Positions 22,180 through 35,560 of a DNA stretch of 64,000 bases are shown here, in pieces. Under the pieces are notes generated by a model that had not been told where the DNA came from, ran no database searches, and saw nothing but the letters and a program-made list of their open reading frames with translations. The stretch covers positions 1,140,030 to 1,204,029 of the forward strand of contig RDEW01000004.1 of the NCBI GenBank assembly GCA_011109175.1. The letters are read 5' to 3'. Numbering within the stretch: position 1 is the first letter of the stretch; every line of letters starts with the position of its first letter. The translations under genes were made by a program, and so were the position numbers. Source of the DNA: Dicyema japonicum (lineage: Eukaryota > Animalia > Dicyemida).

Positions 22180-24698
22180 TCATTTCAGTTTGTTTTTTCG
22201 GCATACGGTGGTCTTGGAATAAAAATTTAATCCAATTGAACCAATAGCCTTATAAAATTGATTACAAGTCCACCCGAAATGGTTGAAGCAAAATTCCTCC
22301 AACTTGACATAATCAATTCCTCCCCAGCTAAAAGTTTGGTTACTATCATCCACATGGGGTTCCTTAAATGCTTTAAACACAGCTGGATTAGGAAATGGCT
22401 TCTCTGTAATCTCAAACTTAGTTTCTTTCCCGAATTTTTTCCAGTCCTTCCAAAGTATCGCAATTATATTCTCTGATGATTTTCATTGCTTGTTTAACTC
22501 CAACTCCACGTACTCCCATAGAATAGTCACTCCCCAGTAGATAAGACAACTGAATTATTTTATTTTGGTCCAATCCTTAAGTTAGCAAATATACCCCACC
22601 TGTTTTTTCATAGATAATCCTATCATCGTAAAGCAATGGTGGCCTATTACCCCCAAAGAAATTTCGCAGAACCTTCCTTCCCCCGAAAGCCCAAATATCA
22701 CTGTCATCAGTAATAGTGGCACGTGCATGACCAGCCATTTCAATGGCGGCACACTGAGCTTCCGCTTCCCCTGGACTGGTCACATAGGGGATTCCAAACA
22801 TTTTCAATAGTTCCTCGAATAATCACATAATACTACTTTGACTTCCAGATATTCAGTCTCCGAAATTGGATCCTTATTTGCATTAGCACGTGTTAACTCT
22901 CTACAAATATCTTTTCTTTCAACTTTAACGTTATTTACAGAGATGCACGTGTCATTTATGATCTAAAATATATAATATTATCCCAACATGGATAGGGAAC
23001 TCATTATCAGACAGACTACCTCCCTCATAATTCACATTTCGACTATAATATTAAAAAGCAGTAACCATTTGGAAAAATCAAATGACGTCGCACGAATCTT
23101 TTCATTTTGAGGCGCCACATCTTCATTATCAATACAATCACAAAGAGGTAGCTCATCAAATTGAGGTGCAATTATCACATCTTCATCACCTGTAGACTTA
23201 CATAGAGCTGGGTCATCATTTTGGGGTGGGATTATCGCATATTCATTACATGTAGAACCACAAAGAGATAGTCCAGTATATTTCGCAAGTTCAGTGTAAT
23301 TGGAATATTCCCTTGACTTGGGAAGTTCTTGTTGAATCGACTGAGAATAAAACATATTTTCAGTATTTGGCCTTATCAGTTCGTTATGACGATAAGCCTC
23401 ATTCATTACATTAAACTCTTTATTAAGCATAACATTTTCTTTATCAAAATTATACACAGGAAACATAGACTTGCTACACTTTTCATCAAATATGTTCAAT
23501 TGGGGGGAAACATTGCAACAAATTCGATCGACTGCAACACAATCTTCCTCAATCTCTTCCCTAGTCACATCCAAAATCAAATCTTTATAAAGACACTTCC
23601 GGATATTTCCATAGAACTCATTCCCCCATTAGAGATGGCGTTAAGGGGTTTCATTTTGAGCATCAACCCAAAACTATGACCTGAGTGTTCACTGAACACG
23701 TCTCCTTGACAGGGGACACCTCGGTTTGAATCTTCAAGTGAGGTACCACAGTTATTTGACTTCTGGTCGAGCTGCTTTATAAGAATACACGATCCTTGAC
23801 TTTGACTAGCAATCTTGAATCTCTGGATTTTATAATTGCTCGCAAATTCACCCACATAATCAAACGCTTCCTCCACAGCAGCCTCGCGTTCAATGTCTCC
23901 AACCTTTTTTTACATTTCTCTGTTTATAAAGCTTCCCCAACTGGAATTTGGAATAATCCTCCCCATTCTACAATAGAGGACATAATTTTACTTTGTATTG
24001 AGATAATATCACGTGGTCAGCACTGCTGAGCTCCACGTTTTTAAAATAATTCAACGAATCAATCTGAGCCTGTCTTGGAAGAGACATAAATTCGAGGGGA
24101 GTCGATATCTTCCAGGGAAAAGGTGGACAAAACACTCTTCAATGAAAAGTTTAATTACCTGCATAGTCTTCTCTCGTTCCCCCATTTTTCTCGGACGACA
24201 TAAAAGTTATCTTGGTTTGAGTAAACGTCATACTTTTGTGTTTCCGATAGAGGTTCGAGAATGAACTGATCTGGCTGTCTGGGCAATCTTTTTGAAGGAA
24301 TATTTAAAATATGAGCCTTCAGATTGTTGAGAGTTAACTTCCGTTCTAATTCTTGGGATTTTAGACTAAACTTCCTCCTTTCAAGTCGTCTTTGATTCTA
24401 AGAATAAATACTAGGATAAACCATAATTTTCAGTTTAAGAGGAACTGGTTTTCCATCAAATACGAAAATGGGTTTTATATCATAGAATAGTAATCTGCGT
24501 ATTCGATAAAACATGATTTTCAGATATTTACTACGTTCAAGTCCTCCTTTTGTGGCTTGGTAGATAAGCAGGCTTGAATCTAAAAAATATTTTTTGGGAA
24601 TGTTTCTTACCAATTGAAATAACTTGTCCTCTAAGTATTTCGAGGTCTATCTCTTCAGCACATGGATTTAGTATGTTCCAGAGGCCTGTAATACCCAT
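22180..24698 (-). CDS. ERCC5: XPG/RAD2 structure-specific endonuclease (ERCC5-like)
   Basis: N-domain MGITGLWNIL...SIDSSLLIYQ...KPIFVFDG (introns 24580-24610, 24398-24421); I-domain FGIPYVTSPGEAEAQCA...TDDSDIWAFGG; LLGSDY H3TH; C-terminal AFKEPHVDDS...FSWG...FGW. Confidence 0.9.
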
Positions 24699-24799
24699 CA
24701 CAAAGAGGTTATGAATTTAAAATTTAAATTTAATATATTTTTTATTAATTTTTCAGAATTATAATTTTTGTATTAACATATGGTTTCTAATATGTTTTA

Positions 24800-26215
24800 C
24801 TATAGCAACCTTCTGAAATGCCTAACAGGTCAATGGAAATTGGACATCACCATATACTTAAAACGCTCTACTCACAGTACATCGAACCATGCATTTCATA
24901 TGCGTGTGCTTCATGGGGACCATTGGTCTCTTATACGAACACTAAGAAAATCTCCGCAACCCAGAAAAGGGCATTTAAACGAAGTGAAAGATGGTATACA
25001 GGGAAAAAATCAAATTACCGACGCCCTTGGAGACACTAATTGAAAAAAAAGAAAGGACACTAACGCCAAGAAGGAAGTACTCGCCCGCATCGAACTTGCG
25101 TAGGCTCAAGGGATCGACACCAAGCAAAGATGAGAGCCATGATCCAATTCGTCGGAATCCATTAACCATTAACTAAAGAGGAAAGCCAAGATTTGGGGTC
25201 GTCTATATCGGGCACTCTCATGAGACACCGTATGTCTCTTCTCCGTAAAAAGCCCCAGTTACAATGCGAGTTTCCACAAGCAATGTAATAAATCACCGAT
25301 TCTTCTCGTTTTTCTTTCGTATTCGTCATCAATTTCAGATGCTAAATCCAATCCATGTGCTTCAATTTAGTTTCGTTTATAATTAGAACTTCCATCTGGA
25401 TCGTGCTGGCTATAGCAACCAGCACTGAAGCCCGTTCCGAAGAGAACGGGCATTAATCAGGGTTATCCTGACTACTTCTGGTTTTTTCGGTGGCTGCCCT
25501 CTCTTCTTAAGAGCACCACTCTCTTCTCTGTGTTGAAGCTTCTACTGTTTCTTTTTTAGAAGGTTCTTATTATATGTCGTATTCCAGCCAGTCTGCCCAT
25601 ACATTCTAAACTCTGACTTTAATTTCTTATTAGTTCCAACTTTGGAAACTTCACTTTCTCCATTATGGGCATTTCTCTCTTTTCTGTGTTGATGCTTCTA
25701 CTGTTTCTTTTTTAGAAGGTTTCTTATTATATGTCGTATTCCAGCCAGTCTGCCCATACATTCTAAACTCTGACTTTAATTTCTTATTAGTTCCAATTTT
25801 GGAAACTTCACTTTCTCCATTATGGGCATTTTCTCGTTTTAGAAATAATTTTCCATTCGATTCTTTCCTTTTTGGTCAATTTTGTTTTTCTTCGCAATGT
25901 TAGCTTCAACAGCCTTGGGGCATCTTCCATAATTGGCAAAGTGGGGATGAACTACAATTCACACACGACTTATTATTGTTTGTAACCCGACACTGCGATC
26001 TTCTATGTGGCCTGAACAAACAAGACATCTTTAACATATTTCCATTAGGCCTGCAGTATGTTCTCAACCTCGTTTTATATTCCTTCGTCTTGTAGCACCA
26101 GTGGCACCACTTATTCACCAGTGGCACCACACTAATTCACCAGTGGTTAATTCGTCGGAATCACTTAGTTTTACGGTTTAACAATGGTCTTTGGAATTAA
26201 TTTTAATTTAATAGC
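24800..26215 (+). mobile_element. 3' fragment of Ingi/Vingi-like LINE, interrupted by the 25160-26148 insertion
   Basis: LYSQYIEPCISYACASWG at 24818-25039. The 3' end resumes at 26149-26215 and matches the minus-strand tail at ~10900-10960. Confidence 0.7.
25160..26148 (-). mobile_element. ~1-kb internally deleted CR1/L2-like LINE derivative
   Basis: 14-bp duplication AATTCGTCGGAATC at 25146-25159 and 26149-26162; Cys/His ORF1-like remnant (25906-26130); APE start ITLINARSLRN; TTAATGG-TTAATG tail; internal 156-bp tandem duplication. Confidence 0.6.
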
Positions 26216-26219
26216 AATT

Positions 26220-27350
26220 GGTTCTATTCGTCGTATACCTGGAAGCGACATTGAGAGATCTTAGACAAAAATGTGAATAATGCATGCTGATGGAGATTAT
26301 ATATGACATAGATTTTGTGTCAGAATATGATCTGGAACTTGGACTTGCTTTAGAGAAAATCTCTGGAGAATTTAAGAATTGGTCTCTGCAAGATAATCAG
26401 GAAAAGACTGAACACATAAGAATCAGTCCGGATTGGAAAAATTACTTCAAAATCATGACTACTTTTTAATGGGGTCCCACAAGGCTCCCTCTGTCTCCTC
26501 TCTTATTTAACTTATTTCTACACGATTTACCTACAATCAATGATCAGCATTTATGCGGACGACCTGATTATCACTGCAAGGGACAAATCTCCTTCCAGGG
26601 CTATGGCGGTGGTTCAGTCACACCTCAACAAGATGTGTGACTGACTATCCATGAATTTGCTGTCTGTGTCTGTTTCCAAATCTCAGTTCACCCTATTTAC
26701 TACTGACAGAAGATTTAAAGGTGGACTTGATATATTCCTCGGAAACATTCTCATTCCTTATACGCGAATCCATAAAGTCTTTGGACTGATATTCGACTCT
26801 CTTATGAAGTTCTTCAGTCACACGGAGGAAGTGTTAACCAAGGGTCTTCAAAAATGGAACGTATTAAAAGCTTTCATAAAGAAGAGCCCCTTCCCACCTA
26901 CTGCTTGTATCAGCAAATATATCTTTAAGTTATTGTGCCGACGATTAAATATGCCTGTTCTGCTTGAAGATTCGCTAACCTCTACGAGAGTCGAGCATAT
27001 GAACTGTTAAACGGAAGATCATGCGTCATATGCAATTAGACACCATATCCATTCCAAGTCTCCTTTCAGAGACGCCGACGTTGAGAAATGGCCAGGGCTT
27101 CCTACGTATGTGCAAGGAGCTTGGAAACCCATTCAGTGAGAGGGCGGCTTATTCGGAGGAATTTAGATCGGCATTAAAAAAAGTGCACTCCGATAGAATT
27201 CCTCTGCAAATATAAAAGAAGACACTTCATGAATGCTGTTGGTTCACTGGCGGAGCATTCGAAATGAATTAGAGAGATATTGGAGGCTGGGATGAGTTAA
27301 TTTAGCCAGTTAATACTTTCTCGGTGGTCTTGGGGTTTATAAATAATAAA
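26220..27350 (+). mobile_element. RTE fragment (26220-26470) abutting an Ingi/Vingi-like 3' half (26470-27350)
   Basis: IIYDIDFVSE / WSLQDNQEKTE (RTE RT); GVPQGSLCLL.., YADDL, LFTTDRR, tail TGGGGTTTATAAAT. Confidence 0.65.
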
Positions 27351-28039
27351 GGAAATTAATTAATGAGTTTGATATGAGGACATCGGGATCAATTAACACA
27401 AGACATCGTAAGTTTTTTCTAAGGTTGAAGAATTCCTTATTTTTAAGTTTTCTTATATAACCTCCACATATAGGTATTTGCGACCGTTTAACTCTGATGC
27501 TCCATATTTAATCGATGACAGTCTTTTTTTATTCACGGCACCAGACTTAACTGGTGGGAGCCCTTTTTTTAGTTACGCCAACAGACTAGGCTTTATTGGG
27601 GTCTCTTCTTTTAGTTACGCCAGCAGACCTAACTTAATAGTTGACAGTCTTCATTTAGTTGCGACACTAGCATGTTCTAACTGATAAAATTAGAACATTA
27701 TATTTGTTAACAAAAGTTACTCGTTAACGATGGGCAAAAAACACATTAATAAACATGAAATTGCCAAATAAGTAAAATTAAAGAATCCAGGTCGAACGGT
27801 TTTTAATCAGTTTTTTGTGCAATAACATAATTGTCACTGATATGTTTTGCTAAAAATTGCTCATAGCCCAGTGAATCAAATCATAATTCATTGAGGAACT
27901 TTTAATCATCGCAATCGTGAAATACACATCACATAAACCACACGTTTCACAACTAAATTTAAAAATCCTGTAATATAATTGAAAAAAACTTAAATTAGTG
28001 ATTTTATTTAGAATTTAATTAGTCGCTAAAAAGACGACT

Positions 28040-28380
28040 TTAGAATGCGGCCCCGTCAGCCGTCTTGTACGATCATGCGTATACACGAGGGAGGAACATC
28101 TAGCAAAGATGAGGTCACTGTTGGAACGCATTGGGATCACGTGGTTTTACCTTGGTCTTGGGATGTTAAATAAATAATAATATGTAGATACATAACCGAC
28201 CAAGGTTCGTGGTGTGATGATCCTGAGTTCTATTCCTCTCACTAGCTACCTGGTCGAAGGTTTCTCTTAGAAGCAGGATGGCACGATTGATCGCGGGGAT
28301 TAGAATCCGTTAATAGTATGATTTTTCGTGTTTTTCTTTCTCGGTCACCCCGGGCTTCCTTAAAAATATATAAAAATTTT
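28040..28380 (+). mobile_element. Two tandem 3' stubs of the Ingi/Vingi-like family
   Basis: ...LERIGIT* C-terminus with GGGATCA/TGGTCTT stem and AT tail (28130-28180); second stub ends TCGGTCACCCCGGG. Confidence 0.5.
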
Positions 28381-29829
28381 TGACTTTTACTTTTTGCTAT
28401 CTTCTCCGGCAATGGAAGTATGAGAATATATGAGTACTAATATTTCACTAACAAACCTCCACTTGTGTGGAACACAAACTGAATTTTAATAGGAAAAACA
28501 TTTAGGACAATTAATCGTAGGAAGGAGCCCAAAGCATCAAAAGGTTCTTAACTTCTTTTTTGGTCGCATGAAGTCACACTAGACAATCCAGTTTCTCAGT
28601 AAAATATCAGTGACGGCATCAAGTCAGAGGCATCGTAGAAGAAATTTTAAGCCAGAATAAATAGCAGAGAAATCGAAAAAACTGTATTCCTTTGATGACA
28701 GTTTTTTTAAATAACAACAAAGTGAATAACTAAAAATAAGCATGTATTTTAACAAAATTACGAAATAAACACATTCTAACCCTATACACATCAAAAATGG
28801 AAGTATAAAGGCTCTTTTATTGACCAAATCTATATAACAGAGATGTCCATATCTTGCGGCCTTATAAGGAAATTACGACACAGAATGTTTCTCAGACCAA
28901 TTTCCCCATTTTGGATCATTTAGACGCGTCAATCTACTGATTCTGAATCCGTTCGATGAGACCAATACGTGAATTTCTTTTAACGATTAGTATTTTCTGA
29001 ATGTACATGGATTAATTTTAATTATCACGGAATCACGTAAGGTTAAAGATTAGGGAAGTTGAATTAACATGGGTTCTAGCAAGAAGGGCCTGGACTTCTT
29101 ATTGGGGTCCTATTTCAACCAGTCAATTCACATAAGAATGGATTTACGAAGGCATGTCGCAGTCCTTCATGCACAAGTCCGTTATTCTCTTCTCACTCAA
29201 TGAAATAATGCCCAACGTATCTGACAGCTACCTCTTTTAGGGACGGTTTATTAATGTGCCTTCTAATCATAAAAAGGTCTTGTGATTCACCCGTCTCAGG
29301 AGATACTTAATGCCTACCCTACATCCTAACGGAATACCTTTCTTCCCTACTCCAGTGAATGTAATCCCAGAATGGTGAATATGGATGGGGTGATACTTAA
29401 AAAGGATACGTTTAACTCCGACTAAAAGACTGAATAAAACATATTCTAGGTTATAAAAAATACTCAAATATTGAAAATTAAGAAAATGTGTCCGAAATAG
29501 CGAGTATAGAATAGCCAAACAACCAGGTAGATCAATATTGTGGTATCTACTGTAAAAGATTGAGAACAAAAATAGATTATGAAAAATTTCATGACAATAA
29601 TGCAAACCTGATTCTTGTTGAGATTTTAAAGGGAAACATAATGGACATGGACGAGTCAAATAAATATAACCACAATCATTTTGTTCACAGAGCTAAGTGA
29701 TTTGTGTGATTCCCTAAATAGAAAATGATGTAGAGTGATCATCCCCACAAACTATTGAGTTACGGAGAGAATAGTAAAGGAGTTTAATTTAAGAACGTAA
29801 AAAATTAAAAACTTTTTTTCTAAAAAAAA

Positions 29830-31600
29830 TCTTTTGAACAAAAAATTAGAGTTGGAGATCGCAGCCCTGTCTGCGTGGCTATCCTCGAAAGAGGAAAATA
29901 CGCTCTAAATGTGAGAATTAATATTTGCGTGTACGCAGAATGGATTTTATGTTACTTCCCAGGATCGAAAGGCCAATCCTCTGGAAAGATATTACTTCAC
30001 TAAGGACCTCAGATATCTCCACAGAAATCACCAGGAAGAAAAACCAGAACGAAAGATTAATACAAATAAAGTTAGTTGTTATGACAAGGTTTCCTGTCAT
30101 GATTGCTAGCCAAATGTTCTGGAAGACCCATCACGTCATTCTAGACTCACCGTTCAGCAGTCCTAAAAGCTACCCAATTAACCTGATAAACTCAGACGTG
30201 CTCGGGCCAATAACGCCAGACGTCTCAACGGAGATCAGCTGGAAATTAAACCGGTCCTCAATGCCGCGGTACTTCCTTCTCTTTAAATCTTCAGTAGTGC
30301 TCGCTGTGGTACCCATCGCGGAACGATGACTTGAGCAAATTTCCCTTAGAAAAAGTTTCCATGTAAGTTGAATCCGAAGCAAGAAACCTCCCTAAGCTCC
30401 ATGGCATAGTCGTTGCCACATCCGCACTCTTGCCATCACTCTGTTAAGACCGACGTGTTCCAGAAGACAAGTAAACCTGGCGTCTTCGATCGCTCTCAAG
30501 ACAGTTGAGTTTAACATGGCGTGACGAGGGAATTTTCCCGTGTTCCGTCTGCATGACAGGGGGTGTAGTCTTTTTTTGTCATCCATCGCATCGCATCGGC
30601 ATCGGTGTTCCAAGCTGACGTCAAGGCCTAGTCACAGAAAACTTCAAAGCGGAATTTATTTCCATCAAGCAGAATACCAACTGCACGTACTGGGAAGGCA
30701 TTGAGCCAGGACCCCGAATTCTCGGCAGACGAAGCATGCCGAGAATTGATATCTGCGGACATTCATAGTTATTTTAGTTTTTTTTCACAAAGGATTTCAT
30801 TCCAGTCCTTTTGAGAGATAAAGTCCTTTGGGAGCCAAGCCCGCTTGTTGTCCACTGCCACACAACCGGTGTCAAGCATAGGATCCAGACTCAATCCGTG
30901 GCAGAACATAAGATTGAGTTTGTAAAAAACATCTAATGGCCAAATCGGCAAGAGACTTCAAACTTATTCCCCCAAAGCTTATTGGGAGTTTTCTTTTGGT
31001 GGAGCCAGTGCTATCAAATAGGATATTGAGACTTTCGTTAGTCTGATAAGATCCTCCAAATATTCTAGAGAATCAGACTCGTGGAAACAAAAGGAACTGA
31101 AATATCATTTTGTGAACAGAAATGCTATTTTTTATTAAGAAAATTTTGCTTCAAGAGTTAAAGCTTTTCCTCCAAATCGAGTTTTTTCCTAAAAAATTTT
31201 CCAATCGAGACAGGAATAGAGAGCATCCACGGAAAAGCAAAAGTGGCTAACTCTCTCGCATGATGGGGACTTTACCCGAGGAAATGCAAGCAAGAACCTT
31301 GGCAGTAAGCTCGAGACCTGATAATAAAGAAGTAAATAAAAAACAACAGCAAACAATTTTTGCATGTTAAGTCTTTTTTGTTGTCAAGTTCCAGGCAAAT
31401 CCGATGATGCACTAAAATCCTGCCTAATTCAGTGACTTAGCACATTACCAGAGTTTAATTTTGTTTTTGCCAGGGTCGATCTTTTTTTTAAAACTCAAAA
31501 ACGTTGCTTTTGTAGACTTTAGCACCCAATGGTATCACTATTTATCGATGCCATTAAACAAAGTACCATCAGTCCCCCCAGTTCGTGCACATTAGTAACA
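29830..31600 (-). mobile_element. Decayed CRE-clade retrotransposon plus a second tiny CRE 3' end in tandem (29830-29900)
   Basis: HPLSCRRNTGKFPRHAMLN; KRRKYRGI...SVETSGVIG; QRIGLSILGSN. 29850-29900 matches the 21660-21730 CRE end. Confidence 0.75.
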
Positions 31601-32544
31601 GATTCTTCGACATTTCGTAAGTAAGTATTAACCTCCCCATCACCTCATTGTCGTGGCTTCCTTTTTGGGAAATATTTTTATGTCGTCCATAAACAGCAAA
31701 TGGATTGCTGTGTAAAAGATCTTTGGTAGTGGTTACCCATAACCAATTTAAATATCTTAAATTTAATATCCTCTTCAGAGGATCACAAGTACATATATTT
31801 GCGGTGACAATAATCGTCTTTCAGTATCCCCCTCTCATTTTTATTTTCCCAATTTATTTTTGATTAAAATTCACCTTAATTTTCCACTTTGTGACCATGT
31901 TTTTCATGAAATTCACGATCCAGTAAAAAGTCAAGTGTCATCTAGAATCCGATACTGGAAGTCACCGAGTCAAACCTATCTTCACATCCAACTAATTCTG
32001 CTAGTTAATGCGTTGGTTAAGTGCTACCTTTTCCATAAATTTTTGCACATTTGCTGAGTTCCCAATTGATCGTCACTGATCATATGGTAGCCTCAATATA
32101 GTCTGCCGATTGTCTATTCACACACTTGGTAACCAACTTTTACAAATTGGGAATCCAAGAAATTGGTCTCAAGTCAGTAGGTGCATGCACAAGTAATCTC
32201 CCTGTATAACCACTCACATTGAGTTTACGTTCTGCTTATTATTTAGACAACTTCCCATAAATTATTGAAGTGAATCTTTTAAGAAAGAAATTTTTAATTA
32301 GTAGTTTTTAAAAGTATCTTCTCCCCCGATTACTTTCTTGTTCATAAAAATGTGTTCCACCGCTTTTTGTCTTTTCGAATTCCCGCAAAAAAACTCAATA
32401 GAAGGGTCCTTCTTAAACAAATTCCACAACCTGAGTTTTGTATGTCTTATAAAATCAATGACTTTTGTCAATATGGACACAAAAAATAATTTTTTGAGAT
32501 TTGAAGGAGACAATCCCAACGACAGAATTATAAGCCCCGTGATA

Positions 32545-32835
32545 CCAATCTGGTGCCATGTTGCTACTTTATTGAAGATTTCTGTTTGTTTTGTTAGTTC
32601 CTCCTCTCTCCTCTTCTATTAGATTGGTGTCATGTAACTAAGGAGGATCATATGATCTCCCTCACTTCACATGAGGGGTTTCCACATATGCAAGGAATGA
32701 ACATCTTTTACCTTTTATGCTGGTTATGGATTTACTTGTGTGATATTGGAAGGACTGTTTCTGTGAGAGTGGGAACCGGATACACTTAATTAGTTGTTTA
32801 CTGTTAACTCCTGTCTCGGTGGGGGTTAATAATAA
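32545..32835 (+). mobile_element. Family N non-autonomous element (copy N2; pseudoknot region deleted)
   Basis: Colinear with N1 (TTGAAG.TTTCTG, TCCTCCTCTCT, GGGTTTCCACA, GGATACACTTAATTAGTTGTTTACT, GGGGTTAATAA). Confidence 0.8.
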
Positions 32836-32899
32836 TATTCTACAAAATATTGCAGGAGCAAAAATGTTATTTCAATCGGAATCGTTTATGTACAATCTC

Positions 32900-33300
32900 T
32901 CGGTTAAAAAAAGTCTTACTTCTTTTGTGACCAAAATAATGAGCGATTAAATAGGGACCAAATGATTCAGACTGATTTTGACGTATTGCCGCATTTAGCA
33001 ACTTTGGTTTGATACCTTATAATGTTTACGGGAAGATTTAGTTCATTGTTTCAGGGACAATATAAAGAACATTGTAGCCAGAAGAGTAAATATGATTATT
33101 TTAAAAAATCAAACGGATGGTTAGGCCCTTTTAAGAGGAGACACAAATTATTATCCAAAACCTTAGTTGAAATCAGTGTTATCTGACACATCCTTAATAT
33201 ATCGGAAAGTACAAGTCTCAACGATGCATGAAGGATTTTAATCCGGAAAATCAGAGTTTTGTATGCCATGGATGACTGTCAAGACTACTCAGAGTTAAAC
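32900..33300 (+). mobile_element. Tigger/pogo-like transposase remnant
   Basis: FKKSNGWLGPFKRRHKL (~33103-33153) matches the CENP-B-type HTH motif of pogo/Tigger transposases. Confidence 0.55.
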
Positions 33301-33309
33301 AAGATTTAC

Positions 33310-34435
33310 GGTTCCCATTCAAAATGGCCTCTTTCAAAATGGCCTCCATTCAAAATGGCCTCCAATAAAATTTCTCAGGTTTTGGATACGTTCATCAATA
33401 GACATCACGAGATATTTTACCAAGGTCCTCGACATCTTTAGGTAAAAGAGTCATCTTTTTATATCTTATAAAAATTGATTTTTCCAAGGTCCTCGACATC
33501 TTTAGGTGAAAAAGTCATCTTTTTTAAATCTTATAAAAATTGATTTTAAGGGGTCCTATGGGTAAGTGGAACAATTTACCAAGGTCCTCGACATCTTTAG
33601 GTAAAAAAGTCATCTTTTTTAAATCTTATAAAAATTGATTTTACCAAGGTCCTCGACATCTTTAGGTGAAAAAGTCATCTTTTTTAAATCTTATAAAAAT
33701 TGATTTTAACGGGTCCTATGGGTAAGTGGAACAATTTACCAAGGTCCTCGACATCTTTAGGTGAAAAAGTCATCTTTTTTAAATCTTATAAAAATTGATT
33801 TTAAGAGGTCCTATGGGTAAGTGGAACAATTTACCAAGGTCCTCGACATCTTTAGGTAAACATTTATTTTTTTAAATATTTTTATTTAACTTTAAAATGA
33901 AAGATTTATTTTCAAAAGGAAAAAAAGAAAATAATTATAAATGTAATAGAATATATCGGATCCAAGTTAAGTAAACATTTGTTCTTAAACAAATCTCAAT
34001 GTATTCTCAGATAAAGCAATATATTTAGTTTTTCTAAGAATTTTTTCTCCATTTTGTAATCTTAAGAATTTTATCATTATGCTTTCTTCTTTTATCAATT
34101 TCTTAACAAAATTTCTTGGAATCTTGTTTAGTGTCCAAATGTACTTCTAAAAACGTTGTGCCAGCTTCCAATTGAGATATGGACCTTGGTAAAATGTTCC
34201 ACTTACCCATAGGACCAGTTAAAATCAATTTTTATAAGATTTAAAAAGATGATTTTTTACCTAAAGATGTCGAGGACCTTGGCAAAATCAATTTTTATAA
34301 GATTTAAAAAAATGACTTTTTTACCTAAAGATGTCGTTTCGCTAAAATCTCGTGATGTTTATTGATGAACTTATCCAAAACCTGAAAAAATTAATTGGAG
34401 GCCATTTTGAATGGAGGCCATTTTGAATGGACACG
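33310..34435. mobile_element. Non-autonomous foldback-type DNA transposon with modular inverted arms
   Basis: AGATTTAC duplicated at 33302-33309 and 34436-34443. ~100-bp terminal inverted repeats. The left arm has 65-bp units at 33419, 33483, 33578, 33643, 33738, 33833 with interspersed 30-bp units; the same units are inverted at 34180-34340. Confidence 0.85.
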
Positions 34436-34949
34436 AGATTTACAAAGCTGGTTGCCATAAGTGTTGCGACGATTCGACATTGGTTATCGATAACATCACT
34501 GACCAGATTCAACTACTTGATATGGAGATTATATAATCCTTTAAATTATTCCAATAATTGCCGGATTTCCAAATTCTAATACTTCATTAAACAATAGAAA
34601 CAAGTCAGGATCCAACTACCAAGAGAAGATGAAGATTGCCGATTCCAGAGCATTGAGAAAACCGCTTCCGTTCACGTGGGTCTTAAGTCGTGTAGCGATT
34701 GCATTCTCAATTTCATTGATGACTATTTCACCAATTCTTCCAACTGATTTTGATATTTCGAAGGCGATAACGGGAGCGATCTCCTAAAGTTGAGTATTCT
34801 TCAACTTCCCATGTTTAGCGGAATAACACTTGCTGGATCATTCGTCGACATTGACTGATGTTTATTATCTGAAAAACTCGTTATTATCCCTGATGATACA
34901 GCGAAGATGTTGAGAGAATATATCATAATCAATTGTTGGGGTAAAATTA

Positions 34950-35560
34950 ATAAAACAACATATTTATTAACTCCAGTACAAGCAGTCAGACTAATTGATC
35001 CAAGGAAGTAATCTAAGGGGGAACGCCTGCTTGATTAATTTCCATCCTTCAATAGTCCACTACAGGCTTCCGCTTCCTAAAAGGGATGAAGAAGAGGTTC
35101 ACTCTTTTCCATTTTCATCAAATATCCTACCATCGCAAACATTACTTCATTCTAAGCCGGAAAAGTTTTTTTTATAATGGTAATCTTCAGGGAGAAGGTA
35201 AGAAGATCCCTTTGTTGTTTAACAGGTGGGAGGCGGTTGACCAGAATTGACCTGTATTGTAAAGTCCATCTTTCGGGTTGAATCCAGCAACAGTCCGATG
35301 TCATCAGAGGTTATGTTCAGCCAACTTAGCCAAGAAGAGATATATCACTTCAAACAAAGATTACTTTCATTCTCTGCTGTTATGTTAACCATTCCAATGG
35401 TGTAGTGAGAAGAAATGATCATTTTCGCGCCATGCTGCCACTGACGACAATGGGGACAGCTTGGTCATATGACGTCATTATATAGAATAAGAAAGGGAGA
35501 ACAAAGAAAGAAACGACAGATTAGCAGTCAGTAGGTAGAATAGAACACAAAAACACTATT
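34950..35560 (-). mobile_element. Family N non-autonomous element (copy N5, diverged)
   Basis: TGACGTCATATGACC...GTCGTCAG...CGAAAATGATCAT fold remnant (35415-35477); tail GGATCAATTAG...GGAGTTAATAAAT. Confidence 0.55.

Noticed and set aside
13234-24698. Functional cluster of chromosome-maintenance genes (MAD1, ESCO, XPG)
   Set aside because: Three genes among six, separated by TEs and in mixed orientation; compatible with chance without synteny data.
27480-27690. Short degenerate repeats TTTTAGTTACGCCA(A/G)CAGAC with TAA at the same position in one frame
   Set aside because: Only two imperfect copies and no identifiable product; insufficient support.
33419-33860. CRISPR-like array appearance
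   Set aside because: Repeats are 65 bp, 'spacers' are identical 30-bp units, an inverted copy closes the element, and there are no cas genes in a eukaryotic context.
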